From assembly GCF_964204865.1 (NCBI RefSeq), contig NC_135256.1, forward strand, positions 19,220,001-19,284,000: 64,000 bases of DNA, read 5' to 3'. Positions 1 to 12,337 of the stretch are shown here, piece by piece. The notes beneath the pieces were generated by a model. The model was given only the letters and a program-made list of their open reading frames with translations. It had not been told where the DNA came from and ran no database searches. The position numbers and the translations under genes were made by a program. The stretch's first letter is position 1; every line of letters begins with the position of its first letter. This DNA is from Styela clava. Lineage: Eukaryota.

Positions 1-120
1 GTTTGTGTTCCCGGTTGACCTGATGTGTTTCCATGATACCGTTCCACCTCGAAAATGCGAAGCATTAGCTACCATGAGCGTGGAAAATAAAAAAACGCAG
101 AATTGAATGCAATAAAGCAT
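1..120 (-). CDS. First coding exon (runs off the window edge) of a paralog of the ZP-domain gene at 20379-28652
   Basis: ATG at 120-118 gives MLYCIQFCVFLFSTLMVANA-SHFRGGTVSWKHIRSTGNTN: a signal peptide followed by the same motif as exon 1 of the complete gene (SHFRGGTASWKLISSNGND). Same pre-ATG context (aatatacaa). Not in the ORF track. Confidence 0.88.
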   Translation of the reverse strand, partial: MLYCIQFCVFLFSTLMVANASHFRGGTVSWKHIRSTGNTN

Positions 121-822
121 TTTGTATATTTCTTGAAAACTCACAAATGCTTTCTATTGGTTGTACAATCTAAATAAAATATATTTTTATATTGTTAACA
201 ACACTCTTGACAGCCAATCATAATGGACGGAAAATAATTTTTTAACTGTACGGAATCGGTTTCGCAATGTAGGCTATGCCTGAAATGTTAAAGTGTTGAA
301 TTTCGTGTGAGGCGGTAAGTATGGGAGATATATATCCAGGAGTGCCTACATAGTTTGACCCAACTTTCTGACCACTGAGCCATTGCGCCAAACGTTTCAA
401 ACCAAATGTTGAAACACATTAATCCTTGGACATATGCAGTGATCAGGTTCAAAATTTTAAGAACGACGGTTTTGCGCGAACTCGTGAGAACCTTTGAAAT
501 TCGCCATTGGGTGTATACAATCGAACAGAAAAAAGTGCATCTTGCATTCAAAGATTTGAATTTCAATTATATAAAGTCAAGCAAAAGTAAGAGGGGTGCG
601 ATATCTATCATCTTTTCTGTTCACGTTGATAGATATGCTGTTGTTCAATCCACATGGTGATATCTGAGCTGGTCTGTATAGGTATAAAACACTCGACCAC
701 TTGCTGATATTACAAATCCTGACTTCAGCTTTATTTAAAATATGAAAAAGTTGTCTTCTGAGTTTTCACAATGCAACGGAGACTTGCACAATGCAACGGG
801 CTGCAAGCAAGTATAATTGTAA

Positions 823-1092
823 CAAGAGAACGATGCTCTAATACATGGACCCCAAATCCAAACTGAAGCAGTACGGGTATGCAATCTGTCACAGTGAGCT
901 ACCGGTATGGCCTGACCACTAAATTGCTGACGCAAACGCGGATGACTTCGCACACACAAGAAAGCCCTTAGATCCCACAGAAATTTTCTCGTTAAATTTC
1001 GCGCAAAATACAATCTTTACCCACTGAAAATTTCAAAGCAATTGGTCCAGTAGATAATGTGGAAAGCGATTTTGTCATAACAACAAGAACCC
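823..1092 (-). mobile_element. Diverged Helentron-like HINE copy
   Basis: Begins caagagaacgatgctctaatacatggac, contains the core actgaaaatttcaaagcaattggtccagta, ends in a caa-rich tract; same family as 5830-7144 and 56592-56853. Confidence 0.6.
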
Positions 1093-2144
1093 GGAAAAGA
1101 ATTTTCACAACGAAAGTATCACAAAACTATCCATATGTGCATTTCGTGTCCAATACTCAATGCGAACTGTCCCCCGTGGCGAACATGAATATCGTAGGAA
1201 AGGCGCACTGGTGGAAAAAGCGCATTCAAATATAGACATCGTGAGTAAATAATGAACTTCTGAAAAAAGAGTTCTCTTTTTTCTAAATTTCTCTCTTCCT
1301 TAGAGATAAGATCAATGTTGCGTTTGCGTCCTATTTTATTAAACTTATCCCACCATCGAAAACAATAACGCGTATGTAACATTGGCTATTTTATTTTTAT
1401 ACCCGTATTTCAGGAAATTTTTGAATGCTGAATAAAAAAAATCAGTTGCAGGTAAGCTGTGCAATTTTTACAAGGTGTATTCAAACAAACACAAGAGCGG
1501 ATTTTACACAGAGAGGAGATGTTTTTATTGTCTTTGCAAAATGTCTTTTATGATGAAAAATGAAAAATAAATATTGTAAAAAGTTTATCGTTGAATGTGC
1601 AGACCAATCTAATAAGGCAATCCTTCTAACACTAAACATCTTTCTTATTTACTTTAATATTGCCCAGATATTATAGGATTTTGTTTTTTATCAATTCTGA
1701 AAAAACAGCCTGATTTAAAAGAAGGCTTGTTTTAAATCAATTTCATTTTTCTGTGTCATTTGTATTTTTTTTATTGAAATAGCCCTTGCATCGCAGTGAA
1801 ACTACGCCAAAATGTTACGTTCTGGCAGCTGCATACGCTGCCGGAATAATAATATGAAAATGTAAGAAAAAATCTTTGCTTCGATTTCCATTTCCATCGC
1901 GTAACTTCATTGCGATTCAAGTTTGTACCTACACCAATATCATAAGATTTTAACAGGAATGTTTGTCCGAGATATCAGGGAGACGCCTTGAGCAAGAAGG
2001 GCAAGAAAAATAATGAGACATAGCTCACGGGCCTACTACAATCCGAAGGCAGTTCGATCAGGGGTCTGCTCCCCTATTAAATACGGCAAAACGAGTGCGT
2101 CAATACAGTGATGTGGAATATACCTATTAGATCCTGGTTTAGAC

Positions 2145-2675
2145 CGGTGGTACCCAAACTTTTTGAAAAAACTTCATGACGGAACCCTTGCAATTATTTT
2201 AATAATTCCCGACAAAAGAATAGAAATCGCAATTCTAATGACATGTGTGACACCCAGTCTGTTTCGTTATTTGGTAAAAGAGCAAAAGGGCAGCGTCAGC
2301 TACAGCTCTGCAGTTACTGTGTTTCCCCAAAAGTAAGACTGGGTCTTATTTCAATTTTCTTCCAAAAAATAACACTAGGGCTTATTTTCTGCATGGGGAT
2401 GTCTTATATTTTCATTAATCAAAAACAAAATTACAAAGTAAAAAATTGCGAGATTTTCAAATATACAAAATATGAAACTATATATCCATTTTCTTATCAG
2501 TGTCTCCAGCGGTGATTGCGAAGCGGCAAAAGTCGACAAATGTGTAATTGCACATTTAAGCACTTAATTTTTGTATTAACAAGCTATTAGCCATATTACA
2601 GATTTTTTTCGCGGACCCTCTGAAAGTTCTTCATGAACCCTAAAAGGTCCGCGGAGCCTAGTTTTGAAACCACTG
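2145..2675. mobile_element. hAT-type MITE
   Basis: Imperfect TIRs cggtggtacccaaact / agttttgaaaccactg; 8-bp TSD gtttagac / gtttggac. Confidence 0.7.
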
Positions 2676-4623
2676 GTTTGGACGATGAGACACCCTAGCA
2701 TAGGCATCGGCTGGTCTAATTGTGAGGGTCCCTCTGTAACAATGACGTCACAACTAATATGTTATGGCGTCTTAATAGAATTTCAAGTTTATATATTAAT
2801 CACTTGCACAAAATTACAAAACGTATCTACAGCCAAGATACATACATACCACGTTTGCGAACGCATTGTGTTGCAGCTTGAGAATTTGTGTATGGGTAAG
2901 TCATCAATATTTATAGCGTTCCGAAAGGTTTATTGTGACTAAGTAGCGATTGACAAGTTTTTACATCCATTTTCCTTGTTTAAGTTTTAATCAAATAAAA
3001 CACCCATTTCAAACAAAACAGCCAAAAAAAATTGATTTAAAACAATTTTATTTGAATCAATTCTTTTGAACAAATCCCTAGATATAGCAAGGAAGATGAC
3101 TAAATAACAAGACAATAACGATTAAGAATTTTTTCTATGTTTAAGCAAAGCAAATATTTGGCGCCAAAGTTATCTAGCACTTTTCACATCCGCCTATCCT
3201 AAATTATGATTAAATGTGCTTAGCTCTATTTTGGTAAGCTGTCACGCGACACTTTGTTTAAACAACTTATCACAGTATTCAAATGAGTAAAAACTTTTTA
3301 AGTTTTATGTGTCGAGTGTTTGAACTGAAAGATCGAAAAAGATCAATTTAAGCATCGGGTAGTAAGCATGGGCAAGCCATAGACTTGCGTAAGAGTAATC
3401 ACTCCCATGGATGGCAAATCTTTTTAATGGATGGATCAAAAAAAAAATTTTTTTGTCATAGTAAGACTGTAGATTACCTACATTTAAAGTATGTCTGCAT
3501 CATTTTGAAAATTGCTGTTGCACCTTTGCCTAAAGTCTTAATCCTTTTTTTGCGTAACTTTGTGCTTTACACATACTGCAATTATGTCAAAGCCAAAATT
3601 TGTGCTACTCAGTTATACGAAATTCGTGTTTGATAACACGAGTTCACATGCATATAGAATGCCGAAAAACTTTTACACTGCTACGGCACGATTTTTTAAA
3701 ATGGTTTAGAAAGTTTTCCACTCTGAGATATTTTCGAACGGCTTTCGTCCGCTTTATATTCATAATCATCCAATTCCAGTTTTCTGCAATTGTTCAGATT
3801 GTTGTTTTTCAGTTTTCAACAGCGTTTATTCAAGTTTGTAAAATTTCGTTTTTTAAACGGCTCTGTATATACGAGGAAAAAGAATATACTGCATCAAGTT
3901 TTCGTATATCCCTAAAACCATTCACTTTATTCACTGAAATGTTTGTGTGTTTTTTGCATTAATTCGTGACTCGGCGGGACTTACATTCAAAAATTCAAAT
4001 CGACTTTTAATACTATTTATCTATTCTATACCTACATACTCTAATATGTGTATTTTAAAATTATAAAAAGTCATTTCTGATGACGGGATAAACAAAAAGC
4101 ACTCGTGTTATCATATCATAACTGAACTTCACCTCTTTCAACAATTCGTTTAAGTCGTTAAGAACCTCAAGTTTGCCAATTGTTTGAAAAAAAAACCTTT
4201 CAGATCTTTCTTACCAGCAACAAACATTTTTATCGTGCGACCTTGATGATAAAACTTTTGTCAGATAAAAGAAAAATCCCACAGCACGCAAACTTATTTG
4301 CGGGGAGTAATGATGAATAGACATCTAATGATTCACGTTCCAAAACAACCAACCACTTGTCTATTAGAATTACGTGAGGCTCATCGATTGGTTCAAATGA
4401 TTTACGGTCAGATACCATGTCTTAATAAACTTCTGCTGAAACAGCATTAAAACTTTTTTTAACATTAATCAGGTAAATATTAATGAAATATTCAAGTTTG
4501 CTTGTTTATTTGAATGATAATGACTACAGGGCAAATTTTAATCAGTAATGTGGACGTGCTGACGTGACAGCACAGCACAATTTTGCTAACGTTGTGGTAA
4601 CTGAGAACGCTCTTCCTATAGTC

Positions 4624-5245
4624 CAGGGGTGTGCAACCTTTTTCGTACGCGGGCCAAATATCAATAACCGGGTGAAACCGCGGGCCGCACCTACTTTTAA
4701 CACAGGCTTTCTATTAGTTGCAGGCACAAAATGATGTCTTTTTGTTATTGATCTCATGTCATCATTGGGGGTCCTTGCAGAAATGATGAGTTGAAATGCA
4801 TAAATTCCTTAAAACTGTAATTCAAATATACTGTCACACCCAATTTGAACGAATTCAGTGAGAAGTTTGTGGCTGGATTCTTTTCCCGACTACTTTTATC
4901 CAAATTTGCTTAAATGGAAGTGCTAGCAATTCTAAATGACGCTCATTTTAGAAAAAAAATATGTTACCGAAAAGTGCCATATTTGAAGCCATGGTTTTTT
5001 TTCAAATGTGGAAAGTTATTTTGATTGAGATGTTTTCTGTAAAATACGCCAAGATTCATTTCAAATAATTTGCTGTCAAATCTTATTCTAGGTTGGATTT
5101 AGACAAAATCAACCGAATCCGATAGATTGTAACCAAAACTCAGTTAGCTTTTGTATCTTTTAATATTATTTTTTTTAAACTGCTCTCCAGTTGCGTCCGC
5201 GGGCCGCACAATTTTCACTTGCGGGCCGCCCTTTGCACACCCCTG
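4624..5245. mobile_element. hAT-type MITE (622 bp)
   Basis: TIR caggggtgtgcaa / ttgcacacccctg; perfect 8-bp TSD ctatagtc; empty sites with a single ctatagtc at ~10917 and ~19116. Confidence 0.93.
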
Positions 5246-5829
5246 CTATAGTCCAAAAGAATTGTTGCGAAGTTCTTTATTATATTCAAACTCGCTGATA
5301 TGATTCTAGCCAAATATATATTCTAAAAAATGTAGTACTTTCTCAAGGCAGAGACCTATATCAGCTGTGAATTGGAAGAAATAAAACGTCAAAAATTATA
5401 CACACCCATATTATGCCTAACATACAACATTGATTAAAAATACAAGTTTGGTCCACCCCACATCAATGATACGAAAGTAATGAGCTGAAATGGACAAGTG
5501 TATTCAGCTCAGTTGCTATTGGCAATTTACTGATATGAAATCATCTTTAACAGTGTCCACTGACCAGGATTATGGTTGTCACAGTACCCTCTTCGGGTCC
5601 ATTAGAAAAAGCCCAAATATTTGCCCCCGGAACGGAATCATACAGTGGTGGGGAGACGCAAGTCACCTGTAATCAGCCCAAAACACACCAAAGATGAATA
5701 ACTCAAAAATATATCAGCCAGTTTGTTTCAGGTATTTTATTGCGACTAAAATTACCGAATTTGATTGGTTTTAAATGCCACAATAACTACGTCAATTATG
5801 TGCTCAATACGATATAATTATAATATTAA

Positions 5830-7144
5830 CAAGAGAGCTATGCTCAAATATATGGACACGTAGAGTCACATAATTTTGATGACGTCATAGCGAAAAAAGA
5901 AGTAATAGCCTTCTGGAGAAAATTTTTATCTTTAACCACTAAAAATTACAAAGCAATTGGTCCAGTATTCGAAGAGTAAAGCGACTTTTTAAAAACGTGT
6001 CAAGCGGTACTGAGTTAGCAGCCAGGCAGCATCTTACCTGTACACTGTAGGCCATATACGGTAATTGATCACAGAACAGTTGTTCCCTTGCAAATTTTAT
6101 GTTGTTTACACTTTAGGACAGATAATTGATCACAGAACAATTCTTCCCTTTCAAATTTTATGTTGTTTCCAGTAGACTCTCATCAAAATAAACAAATATA
6201 GTAGGCTACAAGTGCTACAACGCTTGCATTACTGCACTGGTAGGACCGTGAAAGAATAAGTTACGGTAATTTCATTGTGGTAAGACACCGGTACCGGCAC
6301 CAGTATCGTACTTACGTACTGAGCTACCAGTACCGGTTAGCAGTCAGCCAGCATCTTACCTGTACACTGTAGGCCATATACGGTACCGGTAATTGATCAC
6401 AGAACAGTTGTTCCCTTGCAAATTTTATGTTATTTACACCTTAGGACAGATAATTGATCACAGAACAATTCTTCCCTTTCAAATTTTATGTTGTTTCCAG
6501 TAGACTCTCATCAAAATAAACAAATATAGTAGGCTACAAGTGCTACAACGCTTGCATAACTGCACTGGTAGGACCGTGAAAGAATAAGTTACGGTAATTT
6601 CATTGTGGTAAGACACCGGTACCGGCATCAGTACCAGTATCGTACTTACGTACTGAGCTACCAGTACCGGTACCGAACCTGTAGGTCTGATATTCCGTTC
6701 CGCATACGATAGGCTATAAAACTTGCATTGCAGCATTAGTAATACCGCGGAAGGAATAAGTCAATTTCACTGCGTTACGGCACCGGTATGGCAACTTACC
6801 AGTACCGACCTACAGTAGCTGTTGTACTGAGCAAGACAATCGATCGCGAAACCGCTTGAAATAAGTGTAAAACAGTGTTCCCATGAGTAAAAATAAATAC
6901 CGCGAAATTTTGTATGAAATATCATATCTCATAGGATTCATATAAAATTTAAGAATAAACAAAAGTAATAGCCTTCTAGCGAAAAAATTAATCTTCAACT
7001 ACTGAAAATTTCAAAGCAATTGGTCCAGTATTCGAAGAGAAAAGCGACTTTTTAAAAACGTGTCAAAGAACAAGAACAACAACAAGAACAACAAGAACAA
7101 CAACAACATAATATTGAAACGATCGTTATGTCCACTACGTGTCC
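5830..7144 (-). mobile_element. Composite Helentron-associated element (HINE / DINE-1-like)
   Basis: Absent from the sister copies (empty site atattaattact); inserted at AA/TT. Subterminal inverted repeat ggacacgtag / ctacgtgtcc, terminal stem-loop gagc-tat-gctc, (caa)n microsatellite at ~7068-7108, internal tandem duplication. Confidence 0.78.
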
Positions 7145-8423
7145 AATTACTCCAATCGGTGGAAAATAATGACTCCGAGGAAAAATGCGATCCACGCCGT
7201 TGTGACTGCTTTTCTTTTACTTCCTGCAATAACTAAATGAAATAATTAGATGTTTGTTTATTTTGAGCAACCCCATACTATAAGGTATTTTAAGTGGTCT
7301 CTACTAGAAATATCTCAGCTAAGCAAAACTGCACAAACAAATTGTTGCGAGGGAGAATGTGCTCTGGGCCCTCGTGGGATCTTGAATCCCACTTGATTCA
7401 AATTTTAAATCCCGGCAATTTATGAGACCAATGGTATGTATATTGCACATGCATATAGAATGCCGAAAAACTTTTACACTGCTACGGCACGATTTTTTAA
7501 AATAGTTTAGAAAGTTTTCCACTCTGAGATATTTTCTAACGACGTTCGTCCGTTTTATGTTCATAATCATCCAATTCCAGTTTTCTGCAATTGTTCAGAT
7601 TGTTCTTTTTCAGTTTTCAACAGCGTTTATTCAAGTTTGTAAAATTTCGTTTTTTAAACGGCTTTGTATATACGAGGAAAAAAATATACTGCATCAGGTT
7701 CTCGTATATCCCTAAAAACATTCACTTTGTTCACTCAAATGTTTGTGTATATTTTGCATTAATTCGTGACTCGGCGGGACTTATATTCAGAAATTCAAAT
7801 CGTCTTTTAATACTATGTATCTATTCTATACCTACATATTCTAATATGTGTATTTTAAAATTATAAAAAGTCATTTCTGATGACGTGATAAACAAAAAGC
7901 ACTCGTGTTATCATATCATAACTGAACTTCACCTCTTTCAACAATTCGTTTAAGTCGTTAAGAACCTCAAGTTTGCCAATTGTTTGAAAAAAAAAACCTT
8001 TCAGATCTCTCTGACCAGCAACAAACATTTTTATCGTGCGACCTTGATGATAAAACTTTTGTCAGATAAAAGAAAAAACCCACAGCACGCAAACTTATTT
8101 GCGGGGAGTAATGATGAATAGACATCTAATGAGTCACGTTCCAAAACAACCAACCACTCGTCTATTAGAATTACGTGAGGCTCATCGATTGGTTCAAATG
8201 ATTTACGGGCAGATACCATGTCCTAATAATCTTCTGCTGAAACAGCATTAAAACTTTTTTAACATTAATCAGGTAAATATTAATGAAATATTCAACTTTG
8301 CTTGTTTATTTGAATGATAATGACTACAGGGCAAATTTTAATCAGTAATGTGGACGTGCTGAAGTGACAGCACAGCACAATTTTGCTGACGTTGTGGTAA
8401 CTGAGAACGCTCTTCCTATAGTC

Positions 8424-9056
8424 CAGGGGTGTGCAACCTTTTTCGTACGCGGGCCAAATATCAATAACCGGGTGAAACCGCGGGCCGCACCTACTTTTAA
8501 CACAGGCTTTCTATTAGTTGCAGGCACAAAATGATGTCTTTTTGTTATTGATCTCATGTCATCATTGGGGGTCCTTGCAGAAATGATGAGTTGAAATGCA
8601 TAAATTCCTTAAAACTGTAATTCAAAAATACTGTCACACCCAATTTGAACGAATTCAGTGAGAAGTTTGCTGCTGGATTCTTTTCCCGACTACTTTTATC
8701 CAAATTTGCTTTAATGGAAGTGCTAGCAATTCTAAATGACGCCCATTTTAGAAAACAAATATGTTACTGAAAAGTGCCATATTTGAAGCCATGGTTTTTT
8801 TCAAATGTGGAAAGTTATTTAGATTGAGATGTTTTCTGTAAAATACGCCAAGATTCATTTCAAATAATTTGCTGTCAAATCTTATTCTAGGTTGGATTTA
8901 GACAAAATCAACCGATAGATTGTAACCAAAACTCAGTTAGCTTTTGTATCTTTTAATATTATTTTTTTTAAACTGCTCTCCAGTTGCGTCCGCGGGCCGC
9001 ACAATTTTCACTTGCGGGCCGCATTTGGCCCGCGGGCCGCCCTTTGCACACCCCTG
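8424..9056. mobile_element. hAT-type MITE, same insertion as 4624-5245, copied with the tandem unit
   Basis: Same TIRs and same ctatagtc TSD at the homologous site. Confidence 0.93.
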
Positions 9057-12000
9057 CTATAGTCCAAAAGAATTTTTGCGAAGTTCTTTATTATATTCAA
9101 ACTCGCTTATATGATTCTAGCCTAATATATATTCTAAAAAATGTAGTACTTTCTCAAGGCAGAGACCTATATCAGCTGTGAATTGGAAGAAATAAAACGT
9201 CAAAAATTATACACACCCATATTATGCCTAACATACAACATTGATTAAAAATACAAGTTTGGTCCACCCCACATCAATGATACGAAAGTAATGAGCTGAA
9301 TTGAACAAATGTATTCAGCTCAGTGGCTATTGGCAATTTACTGATATGAAATCATCTTTAACAGTGTCCACTGACCAGGATTATGGTTGTCACAGTACCC
9401 TCTTCGGGTCCATTAGAAAAAGCCCAAATATTTGCCCCCGGAACGGAATCATACAGTGGTGGGGAGACGCAAGTCACCTGTAATCAGCCCAAAACACACC
9501 AAAGATGAATAACTCAAAAATATATCAGACAGTTTGTTTCAGGTATTTTATTGCGACTAAAATTACCGAATTTGATTGGTTTTAAATGCCACAATAACTA
9601 CGTCAATTATTTGCTGCAATACGATATAATTATAATATTAATTACTCCAATCGGTGGAAAATAATACCTCCGAGGAAAAATGCGATCCATGCCGTTGTGA
9701 CTGCTTTTCTTTTACTTCCTGCATTAAATAAGTGAAATAATTAGATGTTTGTTTATTCTGAGCAACCCCAAAATTTTAAGGTATTTTAAGTGGTCTCTAC
9801 TAGGAATATATTAGCTAAGCAAAACTGCACAAACAAATTGTTGCGAGGAAGAATGTGCTCTGGGCCCTTGTGTATCCACGAATCCCACTTGATTCAAATT
9901 TTAAATCCCGGCAATTTATGAGACCAATGGTATGTATATTGCACATGCATATAGAATGCCGAAAAACTTTTACACTGCTACGGCACGATTTTTTAAAATA
10001 GTTTAGAAAGTTTTCCACTCTAAGTTATTTTCGAACGACGTTCGTTCGTTTTATGTTCATAATCATCCAATTCCAGTTTTCTGCAAATGTTCAGATTGTT
10101 CTTTTTCAGTTTTCAACAGAGTTTATTCAAGTTTGTAAAATTTCGTTTTTTAAACGGCTTTGTATATACGAGGAAAAAAAATATACTGCATCAGGTTCTC
10201 GTATATCCCTAAAAACATTCACTTTGTTCACTCAAATGTTTGTGTATATTTTGCATTAATTCGTGACTCGGCGGTACTTACATTCAGAAATTCAAATCGT
10301 CTTTTAATACTATTTATCTATTCTATACCTACATACTCTAATATGTGTATTTTAAAATTATAAAAAGTCATTTCTGATGACGTGATAAACAAAAAGCACT
10401 CGTGTTATCATATCATAACTGAACTTCACCTCTTTCAACAATTCGTTAAAGTCATTAAGAACCTCAAGTTTGCCAATTGTTTGAAAAAAAAAACTTTCAG
10501 ATCTCTCTTACCAGCACAAACATTTTTATCGTGCGACCTTGATGATAAAACTTTTGACAGATAAAAGAAAAATCCCACAGCATGCAAACTTATTTGCGGA
10601 GAGTAATGATAAATAGACATCTCATGATTCACGTTCCAAAACAACCAACCACTTGTCTATTAGGATTACGTGAGGCTCATCGTTTGGTTCAAATGATTTA
10701 CGGTCTTAATAATCTTCTGCTGAAACAGCATTAAAACTTTTTCTAACAGTTTCTATCAGGTAAATATTAATGAAATATTCAAGTTTGCTTGTTTATTTAA
10801 ATGATAATGACTTCAGGGCAAATTTTAATCAGTAATGTGGACGTGCTGACGTGAATGAAATAACCATCAGTGACAGCACATTTTTGCTGACGTTGTGGTA
10901 ACTGAGAACGCTCTTCCTATAGTCCAAAAGAATTGTTGCGAAGTTCTTTATTATATTCAAACTCGCTGATATGATTCTAGCCAACTATATATTCTAGAAA
11001 ATGCAGTACTTTCTCAAGACAGAGACCTATATCAGCTGTGAATTGGGAGAAATAAAACTTCAAAAATTATACACACCCATATTATGCCTACAACATTGAT
11101 TAAAAATCCAAATTTGGTCCACCCCACATCAATGATACGAAAGTAATGAGCTGAAATGGACAAGTGTATTCAGCTCAGTTGCTATTGGAAATTTACTGAT
11201 ATGAAATCATCTTTAACAGTGTCCACTGACCAGGATTATGGTTGTCACAATACTCTCTTCGGGGCCATTAGAAGAAGCCCAAATATTTGCCCCCGGAACG
11301 GAATCATACAGTGTTGGGGAGACGCAAGTCACCTTTAATCAGCCCAAAACACACCAAAGATGAATAACTTAAAGTATATATATCAGCCAGTCTGTTTCAG
11401 GTATTTTATTGTCACTAAAATTACCGAATTTGATTGGTTTTAAATGCCACAATAACTACGTCAATTATGTGCTCAATACGATATAATTATAATATTAATT
11501 ACTCCAATCGGTGGAAAATAATAACTCCGAGCAAAAATGCGATCCACGCCGTTGTGACTGCTTTTCTTTTACTTCCTGCAATAAATAAATGAAATAATTA
11601 GATGTTTTTTATTTTGACCAACCTCAAACTATAAGGTATTTTAAGTGATCTCTACTATGAATATCTCAGCTAAGCAAAGCTGCACAAACAAATTGTTGCG
11701 AGGGAGAATGTGCTCTGGACCCTTGTGGGTCCACGAATCCCACTTGATTCAAATGTTAAATCCCGGCAATTTATGAGACCAAATTGGTATGTATATTGCT
11801 AGCAACTATCAGCAGCAGTAATTGCATCAGTATAACTTATGAATCAATGAATACGGGATAAAAATAATTTTACTTTTGAATGGTTCCTGTTATATTCTGG
11901 AAGGATGTAAATAAATTCGCAAAAGGTTATACGGCATTAAATTTAAACAAAACAACAAATTTACAAGCTTCATTTTTTAATATATAGAAGATTGTTAGGT

Positions 12001-12337
12001 TATTATTAATGAATTTTTTATATTCGATTTTGATGATAACGAGGCCGGAATGAACTTTCTTTAAGCAAAGAGAAGTTGTCAAACTGAGTAAGGGACTTTT
12101 CTTATCAATAACTGGTATCAAAATAATTTCGGAACGGGATTGCGAGTCGGGCCAAATCAAATTTCGTCCGGTAGTCAGTATGCTTGTATTTAGAAAACAT
12201 GGAACAGAAAAGCCAATCAAACGCATAATCAAATTTAATACCATTTGATATTTCACAATTATGCTCATCTAAATTTCACTTACTGAATGAAACAACCTAT
12301 TAAAATTAAATATTTTATGGCGTTAGTTCTATTGTTA

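Larger units (their letters stand above)
3644..11800. repeat. Three tandem copies of a ~1.9-kb non-coding unit (3644-7445, 7446-9940, 9941-~11800); fourth copy at ~18140-19830
   Basis: Each copy starts cacatgcatatagaatgccgaaaaac; spurious ORFs repeat at 5490, 9301 and 11156. Copies differ mainly by TE insertions. Confidence 0.92.
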
